The notes under the pieces are model-generated. The model was given only the letters and a program-made list of their open reading frames with translations. It searched no databases and was not told the DNA's origin. The translations under genes were made by a program, and so were the position numbers. Positions 26,769 through 37,634 of a stretch of 64,000 nt of DNA are shown in pieces. The first letter of the stretch is position 1, and each line of letters starts with the position of its first letter. Source of the DNA: Pelagomonas calceolata (taxonomy: Eukaryota); the NCBI GenBank assembly GCA_918797485.1, contig CAKKNE010000003.1, positions 1,116,001 to 1,180,000 on the forward strand, in the 5' to 3' direction.

Positions 26769-29429
26769 ATGCCCGCCACGTCCCCCGTAAACAATACCCA
26801 AACACCTGGTGGCGGCTGGCACCGCGGCACCACCAATGCGGCGTCCGAGTTACTAGGCGCCGTCGACGGCATCGCGGCGGGCCACAAGGACAACAAGACG
26901 GCCCAGAAGAAGATTGGGAAATTACAGAAGAAACCGAAAAAGAAGTCGGCCGACAAAATCCTCGACTCGTACACTCTTGGTCTGAGACGGGCTAATAAAA
27001 CAAGGGAGGTCGACCTGGGGCCGTCGGAGCGGTTCCATGTCATCTCGTACGAAGAGGGCGACGACGAGAAGCTCGGGAAGAGGCTTGGCTGTTTGAGATG
27101 TGAAGTGCTCCAAGCGGGCGGCTGGAGTAGCGCCGGGATTGGCGACGTTTTGAGTGCGGAGGATGTTTATGTACTCCTGACGGTGGATGGGTTGGTGGCT
27201 CGCACGAACACGCGGAATGATGCTAGAGCTCCTACGTGGCACGCCAAGGAAAGACGCGCCTTCGAATTGGAAGTCAGAGACGCGCGCGCGACGCTGTTCG
27301 TCGCCGTAGCTGATGAAGATGATGCCCCGATGGAGATGGACGCCTACATCGGCCGATGCGCTCTACCGTTACGAGCGCTGCGACCGTCGACGACGTACGA
27401 CGCTTGGTTGCCACTACGCTTGGAAGGGACGCGAGACGAGGAAAACGCCATCGACGCGAGACATTTAGTGAAAGGTCGAAGACTGAAAGATGCGGCAGCT
27501 CTCGACCCGACGCAGAAGATGTCCCGCGGGTCTGTGAGATTGCGACTCCGGATGGACTGGGAAGACGGAGGTGTGGCCGCCGCGCGATCGGTCTTGATGG
27601 GCGGGCCCGTGCTCACGAAGCACGTCGTCTTGCCGGAGACGATTTCCGGACGCAAGCAACGAGATGTTGCGAGATTCGCGTTGTGGGGAGAGGCCGGCGA
27701 CCACGGCGACCCCTGTGTCGAGCCCGTCGCGACGCATCGCGTCATGGACCACCTGTCGGATTTACTGGATGCGTGGGCGTCGCTCAAGGGTGCCTTACCG
27801 GCTTACATCGGTAGGTTATCTAGGTACGAGCGACCTCTACGATCACTACTGGCCTTCGCGGCGTGGTGGACGACGTGCCAGAACCCTCAAAGGGCGTGGG
27901 CGTGGTTGTGGGTCCTCACGGCGTTAGCTTTCAGAGATTCGCTGTACGGCGGCGGCGACAGCCAGCTCCAGCAAGCGCAGTTCACGTTTCTCGACTGGGT
28001 CAAGCTGGCTGTTTTTGGTAAACAATTAACTCCATTGAAACCGACGACGAAGGAGGACGCCTGGCTCGCGGAGAAGAAGGCCATCGTGCGCGCCGCCATC
28101 GTCTCAGAAGAACTAAAAATGGAGGACTGGCGTAGAAAACACTTAAAACCCCCTCCCAAGGAACCGGAACCCACCACAGAGGTGTACAAGACCTGGTCCC
28201 TGAATCCCTTGGCGCCTCTCTTGCGACCCATCCAGAAGGCGTTGCTGAAGAACGTGCGGAAGATCCGGCCGCTGCAGAACGCGCTTACGGGACGCGACGA
28301 TCCGGTGTTTGTCTCGACGTGTGCCGGGGTCTGCTTTCTCATTGCTGGACTACTGTTTGTCTGGTCTGAGCTTATTCATCATCATGTGGCTCATTATCTA
28401 GCTGCGTTGAAATATGCATTGGTACGAGCGATCGGCATCGCTCTCTTCGGGCCCCAGAACTTTCTGCTGGTACGCTCGAAGAAAGCCAAGAAACGGGCCG
28501 CGCAAGCCAGGGAAGCTCTCATACTCATCGATGGCAGGAACCGCTTCGCTTATCTCATACAAAAGACGTGGCGCGCGCACCACAAACGAGTCAAGGACGC
28601 CGAGAAGGCGCGCGAAGCCAAGGAAGCCGCTCTCGAGAAAGCGAGGAAGCTTCAGATCCGGAGAGATAAGTTGACGGCGAAGATGCACGCCAAGGGCCTG
28701 CAGACGGCCGAGGAGATCATCAAGAGTAGGACGGAGGCAGAGATCGCGCAGCACGACGCGGCCGCCCTCATGAAGCTCGACGCGACGCTCGCAAAACAGT
28801 TAACACCGAGAAAGCCGCACAAACTAGCCAACGAGTTGGGTATAGGCGAGTACGTCGGCGAGGCCACTAGATTGCTAGAAAAGACGCCCAATGGCTTCAA
28901 GATGTCCAAGCCGAACGCGACGCCCACGGAGTTCGACCCCAAGGGCATCAAGACGACGTCGCACGTGCGCGAGACGTCGTTCGCGGACATCGTGAGCGTG
29001 GCCCCGAACGACCCGGCCAGGCCCAAGACCGTCACGTTCTCGCACCGCGAGGAGGGCTCCGCGAAGGCCCACCGGCTCAAGCAGCACACGCTGACCTTCG
29101 AGAACGAGCGGGAGGCCGAGGACTTCGCGGATGGGCTTAGGGCTGTGGTTAGATTGCACAACCGGGGCGAGCTCGGAGGCCACTCGGCCGATCCGCTCGA
29201 TGAAAAAGAAGCGTTGTTGGCGAAGCTCGAGGACGAGACGGACTTCGAGCATACCGTGGTCACGGTCCCGGAGCCCGTCGTCGGGGGTCTGCTGCCCGCG
29301 GCGCTGGTGGAACGAGGCGCGTGGTTGTGTCCGGCGCGGTCGCGCGTCGTCGACGATAAGGGCACGAGCGAAGCGCCGATGTCGCCGCGGCTCACCGAGG
29401 AGGAGGAAGACTTGCAGGAGGACTTCTGA
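26769..29429 (+). CDS. C2-domain membrane protein (MCTP-like) with coiled coil and possible C-terminal PH-like domain
   Basis: LRCEVLQA...DVYVLLTVDG..ARTN......PTW...LFVAVADED...DAYIGR...YDAWLPL; several hydrophobic segments; TLTFENEREAEDFADGLRAVV. Confidence 0.75.
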   Translation: MPATSPVNNTQTPGGGWHRGTTNAASELLGAVDGIAAGHKDNKTAQKKIGKLQKKPKKKSADKILDSYTLGLRRANKTREVDLGPSERFHVISYEEGDDEKLGKRLGCLRCEVLQAGGWSSAGIGDVLSAEDVYVLLTVDGLVARTNTRNDARAPTWHAKERRAFELEVRDARATLFVAVADEDDAPMEMDAYIGRCALPLRALRPSTTYDAWLPLRLEGTRDEENAIDARHLVKGRRLKDAAALDPTQKMSRGSVRLRLRMDWEDGGVAAARSVLMGGPVLTKHVVLPETISGRKQRDVARFALWGEAGDHGDPCVEPVATHRVMDHLSDLLDAWASLKGALPAYIGRLSRYERPLRSLLAFAAWWTTCQNPQRAWAWLWVLTALAFRDSLYGGGDSQLQQAQFTFLDWVKLAVFGKQLTPLKPTTKEDAWLAEKKAIVRAAIVSEELKMEDWRRKHLKPPPKEPEPTTEVYKTWSLNPLAPLLRPIQKALLKNVRKIRPLQNALTGRDDPVFVSTCAGVCFLIAGLLFVWSELIHHHVAHYLAALKYALVRAIGIALFGPQNFLLVRSKKAKKRAAQAREALILIDGRNRFAYLIQKTWRAHHKRVKDAEKAREAKEAALEKARKLQIRRDKLTAKMHAKGLQTAEEIIKSRTEAEIAQHDAAALMKLDATLAKQLTPRKPHKLANELGIGEYVGEATRLLEKTPNGFKMSKPNATPTEFDPKGIKTTSHVRETSFADIVSVAPNDPARPKTVTFSHREEGSAKAHRLKQHTLTFENEREAEDFADGLRAVVRLHNRGELGGHSADPLDEKEALLAKLEDETDFEHTVVTVPEPVVGGLLPAALVERGAWLCPARSRVVDDKGTSEAPMSPRLTEEEEDLQEDF

Positions 29430-29637
29430 AAAGTAGATGGGTGCGGTTCCCTTTCCCCCCTTTCCCTCCCTCCCGCGCCCGTAAATTGACAGAGCTTACT
29501 AGTACTACATTCCGGCGTTGCGACGCCCCCCGGCGCTCCGTGCCTGCTCGGGCGTCATCCACCTCGCCGCCAAAAAATTGACAGAGCTTATTAATACATT
29601 TGGACGCGCGTTCATGGCGTCATTCCCGACGCCGCGT

Positions 29638-29997
29638 TCACCCGCCTCGCCGCCAGCCGGACTCTTCCAAGATCTCCGCGAGGGCGCTCGACTCCCCACT
29701 TTCGCGCAAGATGCGCCGCAGCGCGAGGGCGTCGCGGGCGTCCAAGGCCTGGGCCGCCGGCTGCGGCGCGGTTGCTTCCGGCGCAGCTTTTTTCGCCGAG
29801 CCGTTTTTGTTCCCGAAGATGCGATCGTAATTCGAAGCATATTGCGGGTTGCCTCCGCCCCAGCCGTCGTTGTTCGGCTTGAAGGCGATGTCCGACGAGT
29901 GAATGCTATCCGTCGGTGCCGGCGCCGGTGTCGACGCGGTCTTGGACGAGTGCCGCACCGGCACGCGAGTAGCGCGGCGGAGAGCAATGCGTAACAT
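29638..29997 (-). CDS. Small hypothetical protein, probable mitochondrial presequence
   Basis: MLRIALRRATRVPVRHSS...GWGGGNPQYASNYDRIFG. Confidence 0.6.
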   Translation of the reverse strand: MLRIALRRATRVPVRHSSKTASTPAPAPTDSIHSSDIAFKPNNDGWGGGNPQYASNYDRIFGNKNGSAKKAAPEATAPQPAAQALDARDALALRRILRESGESSALAEILEESGWRRGG

Positions 29998-30410
29998 GGC
30001 TGTACGCTTCGATTGTTCTACTGACGCGCGCGTCTATATAGCAGTGCAAAGTGGTGGCCAACGTCAGGTGTGGCTGCCCGTGCCGTCCTCGCGTCGAGGC
30101 TGGAATCTGCGGCCTTAAGTGATCAATTAGGGCTGTGTGAGTGGCCTGGAACGCCTCGTTCCAGTTCTGTGGCCTCACGCGTGCTGTGTGACACTGCTCT
30201 CAATGGAGTGGGCGACAGCTGAGAGTGGCGCCACCTAAAATCAGCGCGAACGAGCGGAGTTTGAAATATATCGCCGTCGGTGGCTTGTGCGGATAGTTTA
30301 TAGATCCGAGTCGCTCTTACAAGTCACTGCGCGCCGCCGCAGCGCTTATCCAGCGCCTGCCGCCAACACACACTGCTGGCGCTGTCTCGTGCGACAGACG
30401 CGCAGCCGTC

Positions 30411-32447
30411 ATGGCCGACGAGCTGTGGAAATGGTGCCGCGCGCAGCGCTTCTCCGAGCCGATGACGTGTCGTTTTGTTGCGGCCTATGGGGAAATGTCC
30501 TCGCTCCTCGCGTGCGCGCAGGACGAGGACGTCGTCAAGGAGACGCTCGTCGAGGTCGGCGTGCCCGCGGGCCAGCGGAACCAGATGCTGAAGGCCGTGC
30601 GCGCCCTGGCGGCGACGTTGTCCGTTGATGACGAGGCAGCGGTCGCGCCCGCCGCGCCGGTCCCCGCCGAGCCGCGGCGGAAGCAGCGCGGCGGCAAGAA
30701 GCACCAGCGCAAGCCCGCCGCCGCGCCTGTGGCCGCGCCGGTGCCCGCGCCCGCGCCGGTGCCTGCGCCCGCGCCGGTGCCCGCGCCCGCGCCGGCAGCG
30801 GTGGCGGCGGAGTCCTCGAGCTCGTCGTCGGGCTCGGGCTCGGAATCGAACTCCGATTCCGACGAGGCTGCGGCGCCGGCGCCGGCAGCGGTGGCCGCGG
30901 AGAGCTCCTCTGCGGGCAGCTCTAGCTCAGATTCCGGTTCTAGCTCTGGTTCGGACTCCGACTCGGACTCCGACGACGAGGCCGCGGCGCCGGCGCCAGC
31001 TGCGGCCGCCGCGCCAGCAGCGGCGGCCGCCGAGAGCTCCTCCGCCGAGAGCTCCTCTGCGAGTGGGTCCTCGGCGAGCAGCGGCTCCGACGACGACGCC
31101 TCGAGCTCGGACGATGGCGACGCGCCGCCTCCGGACACGCTGCCGCCGCTGCCGCCCCCTGCGGAGTCGGACTCGTCCGAGGATGAGGACGAGGACGAGG
31201 ACGGCGCGGCTGTCGCGGCGCCGGCCGCCGCCGCCGCCGCCGCCGAGTCATCCTCGGGCGAATCTTCCTCCTCAGGCGAGTCCTCCTCGGGCAGTTCCGA
31301 CGACGAATCGAGCTCGGACGACGAGGCCGCTGCGCCGGCGCCGGCAGCGACGCCGGCCGCCGCCGCGGAGTCGTCATCGTCCTCGTCGTCCGGCTCGGAC
31401 TCGGACTCGGGCTCGGGCTCAGACGAGTCGGACTCGGATTCGAGCTCGGACGAGGAAGAGTCGGCCGCGCCGGCGCCGGCCGCGCCCGCCACGCCTGCTG
31501 CCAAACGCCACGCCCGCGCCGCGGACTCGTCGTCTAGCTCCGAGTCTTCCTCCTCCGAGGACGAGGACACGGCGCCGTCGCCGCCAACCCAGGGCCGCGG
31601 CCGCGGCACGCCCTGTGCGCCGCCGCCGCCGCCCGCGAACCGACCGCCACCAGCCGTGCCGGAGGAAGACGGGCCGTCTTTCCGCCACGGCGGGCACGCC
31701 TACGAGCCGCAGCTCGCGCCGTCGCCGGCGCCCGCGCCTCCCTCAACAGATACGGTCGCGGTCGCGGAGGGCGAGGCCCTGAAGCGCGGCGAGGTCGTCG
31801 AGTTCAAGCTGGCGACGTGGGGCGAGAACTGGACGCCCGCGCTCAGCCCGCCGAAGCGCGCGCGCGTGTCCCGGTCGCAGGGCGGCGAGCTCACGCTCGA
31901 GATGAACGAAGGCTCGCCGCTCGAGATCCCCCAGCGCGAGCTGCGCGAGCTGCGGCGCGTCGTCGCCGATTCGCAAGACTCGGCCGCCCTCGCGGAGCCG
32001 GAGGCCCTCGAGGAAGCCCAAGCGCCGCCGGCGAGCTCGGTCGCCGGGCGCACGCGGAGCCGCAGCGCGAGCGACGCGGCGCTGCCGGCGCCCAAGCGGC
32101 GGGCGCCGGCGCCGCCGCTGAGTCCCATTTCGTCGCCCTCCGTGAGCGAGGTGCGCAAGGGGTCGAAGAGCAGCCGCAAGCGCCCCCGGAAGGCGGCCGG
32201 CGGTGCCGCGGCGGCGCCGGCACCGGTTCGACGCCGCACAAAAACGACGCCGGCCGTGAAGGGCGGCCCGAACGACACCGCCGCACCGGCGCCCGCGCCC
32301 GCCGTCGAGGAAAAGAAGTCCCCGAAGCGGCGCCGCGCGCGGAAGAAGAACGGGCCGAAGAGTCCGGTGCCCTTCTCGCCGACCCTGCCTCCCGTCGACG
32401 CGGCGCTCGAAGCGAAGAAGGCGAAGCTGCTCGAGTTGGCTAAGTAG
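30411..32447 (+). CDS. Coilin-like protein: SAM-like N-terminus, Ser/Asp low-complexity region, coilin Tudor-like domain, basic tail
   Basis: LVEVGVPAGQRNQMLKAVRAL (SAM helix 5); LKRGEVVEFKLATWGENWTPALSPPKRARV resembles the coilin C-terminal Tudor. Confidence 0.65.
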   Translation: MADELWKWCRAQRFSEPMTCRFVAAYGEMSSLLACAQDEDVVKETLVEVGVPAGQRNQMLKAVRALAATLSVDDEAAVAPAAPVPAEPRRKQRGGKKHQRKPAAAPVAAPVPAPAPVPAPAPVPAPAPAAVAAESSSSSSGSGSESNSDSDEAAAPAPAAVAAESSSAGSSSSDSGSSSGSDSDSDSDDEAAAPAPAAAAAPAAAAAESSSAESSSASGSSASSGSDDDASSSDDGDAPPPDTLPPLPPPAESDSSEDEDEDEDGAAVAAPAAAAAAAESSSGESSSSGESSSGSSDDESSSDDEAAAPAPAATPAAAAESSSSSSSGSDSDSGSGSDESDSDSSSDEEESAAPAPAAPATPAAKRHARAADSSSSSESSSSEDEDTAPSPPTQGRGRGTPCAPPPPPANRPPPAVPEEDGPSFRHGGHAYEPQLAPSPAPAPPSTDTVAVAEGEALKRGEVVEFKLATWGENWTPALSPPKRARVSRSQGGELTLEMNEGSPLEIPQRELRELRRVVADSQDSAALAEPEALEEAQAPPASSVAGRTRSRSASDAALPAPKRRAPAPPLSPISSPSVSEVRKGSKSSRKRPRKAAGGAAAAPAPVRRRTKTTPAVKGGPNDTAAPAPAPAVEEKKSPKRRRARKKNGPKSPVPFSPTLPPVDAALEAKKAKLLELAK

Positions 32448-32760
32448 TGAGTGCGGATACATACACGTATTCGGGTTTCTTAGTAAGTCGCGCGCCCCCC
32501 TCAGCGCTCCCGCTCCTCTGGACGTATTAGGGCACGGGTTTCCCAGCAATTTTGCTTTCGCTCTATCTTAGCCGCGCGCACCCCGACCGTGCCTGAGCGA
32601 ACAGATACGACACCTCGCTCCCACCAACGGCGAGACCCTCAAAAAGACCCAGGTTTCGCGGCGAATTAGGTCACTTTGAAAGCCATATATTTTGTTGGTC
32701 CAATTTTTGGACGCTCTAGACCGAGACACAGATCGAAACCGACCCCATATAATTGCAACA

Positions 32761-33366
32761 ATGAGTTCCAAACGCAGCGCGGTCGCGCTGGGCCTAGGAG
32801 CCGCCGCCGGCGCGGTGGCGTTCTACGTCCTCTCGCGCGACGGCGACAACAAGGAAGCGTTGTTGGATGGTATCGAGGCGCTACGCGAGGGCGTCGCCGA
32901 CGTAACCGCGCGCGTGCGACGGGCGGCTGAAGCCGCTGTGGAGCGCGTGACCGCCAAAGAGTCAGATCCACCGCCGCCCGCGCCCTCGCCGCCCAAGGCC
33001 TCGCCGCTGGCCGACCACGAGGCCTTCGACGAGGAGGGCGACGACGAAGAACCGCCCGAGGAACAGGACGAGGACGACGCTTTGGCGGACGCGCGCGAGG
33101 CCATGGGCGACGCGACGCCGACCACCCGGGATTCGTCGCCGGCAGTGTCGCCGCCCCGCATCACGTACCCGATCGGCGGTACTACGCCGACGAAGCCATC
33201 TGAGGAGGAGATCGATGCTGCGGTTGACGAATTGCTCCGTGGCGAGGGCTTTATTGGCTCCCGGGAGCTCACGTCACAACTCCTCCAGGCGGCGGACGCG
33301 TCCCGGGCGCCGTGCCGTTCGCCGTTCGCGGAGCTGGGTGATGGCGAGGGGCTCCCCCAGCAGTGA
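32761..33366 (+). CDS. Hypothetical N-terminally anchored acidic protein
   Basis: MSSKRSAVALGLGAAAGAVAFYVL followed by an acidic/Pro-rich region. Confidence 0.6.
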   Translation: MSSKRSAVALGLGAAAGAVAFYVLSRDGDNKEALLDGIEALREGVADVTARVRRAAEAAVERVTAKESDPPPPAPSPPKASPLADHEAFDEEGDDEEPPEEQDEDDALADAREAMGDATPTTRDSSPAVSPPRITYPIGGTTPTKPSEEEIDAAVDELLRGEGFIGSRELTSQLLQAADASRAPCRSPFAELGDGEGLPQQ

Positions 33367-33488
33367 GTATAAAGTACGTTGTTTACACCAGTCTGGCGAG
33401 GGAGGGGGGAGGGTCGACGCGGTCGCAGCGGCTCGTGGCCGCGCAAGACGCAACGCCGACCGGGGAGGGAGAGGACACAACGATCGGA

Positions 33489-35059
33489 TCAGACGCTGAA
33501 CGCCGATAGCCCAGGGCTGACGTTCATCGCCGGCACGCACCGCAACGCCGCGCCCGGCGTCGGCGGCGCCATCGGCTCGGCCTCGGGCTCGTCGCACGTC
33601 ACGGCCACGACGAGCACGTCATTATCACCTAAGAACTCCCGGTCTAACGTGGCCCGATCGACCAAATCCGCCACGCCCACGGCCGTGCCGCTCTTTCCAA
33701 ACGACAGCAGCGAGCCGTACGTCGACCTGTGTGCAAATAAACAAGTGAGTCGGGTGCAGCAGACGCCGCGTCGATGGCGTGGAGGCCGCCGCCGCGAAAC
33801 TTTGATTTTCGCACCGGCGTCGACTCGGCCGACGCGCGCGCGGCGAGCTCCTCGCGCGTCACGACGAACTCGCGGTCCCGCGTCTTGGTCTGGTTCACGA
33901 GCGTCACCGTCACGTCCGCCTCGGGCGCCCAGGGCGCGAGCACCTGACGAAATCCTCCTCGAGGATTGGACACGAAGTAGCAGCCGAGGCGGTCCCGATC
34001 CAACACGAGCCGCAACGCGAAGGGCTGACCGTTGCGCAGCGTCGCCTCGTGGACCTGGCGCGCGCCTCTCCTCGAGAAGTCGCGAATTCTCAGAACCGTC
34101 GTGCCCTTCGGCGGGTTCAGCACCAGGCTCAGCACGAAGCGCTGCTGCTCGGCCAGACGCCACGCTCTGGCGAACTTGCCGGCCTGTGCGCGGATCGAGC
34201 GGTCGCGTCGATGGCGTGGGCGACGATTCGGGACGCCGGGGCGGACGTCGTCGCCGACGCGCGCCTTGTGCCGCGCGTAGACGCGCTGGATCGCCGAGGC
34301 GGCGGCCACTTGCCGCGCCTTCTGGCGCCGCGCCAAGGCACCGCGCGCCCGCGTCGCCGCGACCAGTGACGCGGCCTTGAGCTCCGTGAACGCCTTGTGC
34401 GCCCGCCGGGCCCGCGCCGCCGTCTGGAGTGTAATGGAAGCGCCCAGCGCCGTCTGGAAGGCCGTGCGCGCTTGAACCCCGCGCGCGCAGCGGTTCTGCA
34501 CCACGATCGTCGCGGCCCGCAGCTCGAGGAACGCGCGCCGGGGCACGGCGCCGCGCCGCCGCGTCTGTGCCGTAGCTAAAGCTCGCCAGAGCGCGGCCGC
34601 GCGGTTCCGCGCCAACCGCCCGCGCGCCGCGCGCTGGACGCTCGTCGCGTAGGGCCCGGCGCCGTTCGCGATGAGCGCTTCTTTTTCGTGGCGCTGCCTT
34701 CTCACGAGCGCCCGCAGCGCCTCGATCTCCGCCGTCTGCGCCGCGATCCAGGCCGCCGTCAAAGCTTCTTCCGCGGCCGCGTTCGTCAATAAACGCTCGT
34801 CGGGTGTGGCCAAAATAGGCGTCGTCGACACGCGCGGCGCGTGCGGCGTGCAGGCGAACTCCTTCACTTCGGTCTGCGTCACGCGCGGCGTCTCGGCGGC
34901 GTCGAAGAAGAGCTCGACGCTGTCGTTGCCGCCCAGCGACACCTTGGGCGCGGGCGTCCGGCTCGGCTTCGCCTGCTGCGGCGCGGCGTTCTTCTCGATG
35001 TTCGTCACGTCCGTGAGGGCGCGGAGGCGGCTCGCGCTGGGGGTGGCGGTCGTCGCCAT
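33489..35059 (-). CDS. IQ-like repeat protein with C-terminal MATH/TRAF-like domain; introns 34184-34264 (probable) and 33727-33824
   Basis: IQ-like repeats (ATSVQRAARGRLAR, SITLQTAARARRAHKAF); spliced C-terminus TTVLRIRDFS...LGCYF...VTVTLVNQ...AESTYGSLLSFG...GVADLVDRATLDREFLGDNDVLVVAVTC. Confidence 0.7.
33719..33824 (-). mobile_element. Introner copy 3, antisense to host gene: element 33727-33816; intron 33727-33824 (98 nt, GT-AG on minus)
   Basis: TSD ACGTCGAC (33719-33726) / GCGTCGAC (33817-33824); TIRs CTGTGTGCAAATAAA / TTGATTTTCGCACCG; core GTGAGTCGGGTGCA and CGCGTCGATGGCGTGGAGG. Confidence 0.88.
34184..34264 (-). mobile_element. Probable in-frame, stop-free introner-derived intron (81 nt, GC-AG)
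   Basis: AAG|GC donor, core CCACGCCATCGACGCGAC, acceptor TCGATCCGCGCACAG resembling the family TIR. Confidence 0.6.
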
Positions 35060-35664
35060 GGTTTCTTCTCTGCGTTTTTGTCGCCGGCGGCCTGCGCGGG
35101 CGGCGGGGCGGTTAGGGCGCGGTTTCGGGCGTCGGCGCGTTGTGGCGTAGCGCGGCGTTGCTGCGGCGGTCTCGTGCTGCGCGCTGAGGGCGCGGCGCGC
35201 GGCTTTCTCGCTCGTTTTTTGGCTGCGACGTCGTCCGGCGTGAAACGGCTATCTCGGCGTACACACGGCCGTTTTGCGCGGCGTGAAGTGCTCCGCGGCC
35301 CGCGACGCTGGCGCTGTGCTTGTGAAGGCGCTGTCTAGTCACAGCAACGCAGAGGCGCGCCGTATGCGACCTTCGCGTGAAAACGAACTGTATAGACCCG
35401 AACGAAAATCACTTGCCAAGAATTTCTCCGAGGGCTCGGAACAGAGTCCTACAGTCCCTCCGCAACTCCTTCCCACACATTTTGAGCAGATTTGCGACTA
35501 GAGCGCATGCGAGTGGGCAGGGATTCGACCAAGCTTTGCTGGCTGCCCGCAACCGCATAAATGGCTGTGCGTTCCTATCTCGGTTCGCAAAATGACACGA
35601 TCAACTCATAACACCAGGAGGGCAGCGGAATAGCACGTCTGTGAACCCCATCTGCATTGGAGCA

Positions 35665-37603
35665 ATGCTGCCTCGGGCAGCCCTCCTCCTCTGCACCACA
35701 CACGCGAGCTCCTGGTTCACCACAAAAAAACAACAACCGAAGCAAAGAACAAAACCAAATATCCTCGTGCTCCTCGCCGACGACCACTCCGCCGAGGCCC
35801 TCGGCTACCGCGGCAAAGCTAGATTAAGCCCGCTCATCAAGCAGCTCAACGTGACGCCGCATTTAGATCGATTATCAAAAGAAGGCATTACAACGGACAA
35901 CGCCTACACGATCAACGCCTTATGTACGCCGAGCCGCGCATCATTGCTGACAGGTTTCTACCCTAACAAGCACGGCGCCACACACTTAAAACCGGTGAGC
36001 AAGGGCAACGCCTCGGGCGTCCATGACTACATCGAAACCTACCCCGAGGTATTACAAAGGCACGGCTATGCCACTGCCCTGTACGGCAAGTACCACCTCA
36101 TGTCGCGGCCGCGGGGCTTCGACACGTACGAGGTCCTCCTCCACCAGGGCTCCTACGAGGACCCTCTATTACTGAACCACACCCTCTCTGCAAAGAGGTG
36201 GAAGGCGCGCATGAAGCTCTGGACGCGGAAGCGCTCCGACAACGGAGGCGCGCGCGCGGCGGGCCACACCTCGGACGTTATCAGTGCGAAAGCGGCGGAA
36301 GCCGTCGCTTCGTTAGCAAAGCCGTGGTTAATTGAAGCACACTTCAAGGAGCCCCACGAGCCCTTCCACTATCCTCCACGCTACGAGGCGCTCACGGGGG
36401 CACCTGTTTTTGATGCGTCGCGGGGCGTCTGGACGCTGCGGGGCTTCGACGTCGCCGAGCCGCCGACGCTAATGCAACGCCCGACGCGCTGCCGCGGCAT
36501 CGACGTCTTCGCGAACCGGAGCCTCGCCAACGCGACGCGGCGCCGGACCTACGCCCAGCTCGTCGCGGACTATTTGAGGACCCTGAAGGCGCTGGACGAC
36601 GGCGTCGGCCGCGTGCTGCGACGCGTCGACGACGAGAAAACGCTCGTCCTCTACACTAGCGACCACGGCTACTTCCTCGGCGAGCAACAGCGCACAATCA
36701 AATAGCGGCGGTTCTCACATAGTTGATTTGCGCACAGGCGAGCACGGCTGCTATGATAAACGCTTGATGCTCGACGAGGCGATCCGTGTGCCTTGGATCA
36801 TTCGGTACCCGGCCGTCCTCAAACCTCGTCATACGAACTTCCTGGCGCGCTCCGTCGACGTCGCACCGACCCTCCTCGACTTCGCCGGCCTGCTAGGGAA
36901 GCGCTCCCTCGACGGCGTGTCACTAAGGGCCGCGCTCGCGGACAAGAAGGCGACGACGGGGACCACTTTGTACTACCGCTACTACGACGAGGCCATGAAA
37001 GCAAGGGCGACGCCGCCGGCGCCGCCGTCGCACGTCGGCATTCGAACAACACGATGGAAGCTTATTCTTTTTGACGGCCTGCGGTGTAGCCCCGGATTCC
37101 GGAGGAGCGGCGCGGCCGCCCAAATTTTTGCACTTTACGACTTAGAACGCGACCCGCGCGAAGCGACGGACGTCTACGCGTCCACTTCCACAAAAGTCGT
37201 CTCGAAATTAAAGCGGGAGCTGCGGGCGGCGATGGCCTTGTATGGAGGCGAAAGTCACGTCAAGGCCGGCGCGCACCTGCCGCCGGACTGCCTCACGCTC
37301 GACTTCGGCACGCCGGACTTCGTCGACTGCCTCCGAACGACGCCGTGCGAGACGCCGGTCATGATTGCCGCGGACTCGGCGAAGGCGCGCCGGGAAAGGA
37401 TCGCGGCCGCCCGTCAGAAGTCGCTGGCGCGGGTCAAGAACAGGCCGTCGCCAGGGGTGCACACATTCGCCGGCGGCGCCAAGCACCCCGCAGCCGCCTA
37501 CCTCCCCCGGGGAGAGGCTCTCGCGCACATCCGCGCGGCGGCCGAGGCCGTCGCACGAAAACACGCCGGCCGGGGCGGTGGCTGGCGGCCTAGTAATTCA
37601 TAA
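35665..37603 (+). CDS. Secreted formylglycine-dependent sulfatase (S1 family); exons 35665-36679 and 36738-37603
   Basis: PNILVLLADD, CTPSRASLLTG, GKYHL; splicing restores YTSDHGYFLGEHGCYDKR. Confidence 0.92.
36680..36745 (+). mobile_element. Shrunken introner; intron 36680-36737 (58 nt, GC-AG)
   Basis: TSD GCGAGCAA (36680-36687) / GCGAGCAC (36738-36745); right TIR TTGATTTGCGCACAG intact, left TIR decayed to CAGCGCACAATCAA. Confidence 0.85.
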
Positions 37604-37634
37604 AAACATAAGTATTATTAACACACACACACAA

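Noticed and set aside
29483..29590. 16-bp direct repeat AAATTGACAGAGCTTA between convergent genes
   Set aside because: Only two copies, no TIRs; most simply a small local duplication in a 3' UTR region.
30485..32549. Long overlapping and antisense ORFs (also 46390-47622, 47853-49580, 59744-61345, 11769-13478)
   Set aside because: Shadow frames of real genes in very GC-rich DNA; Arg/Ala/Ser-biased translations with no motifs.
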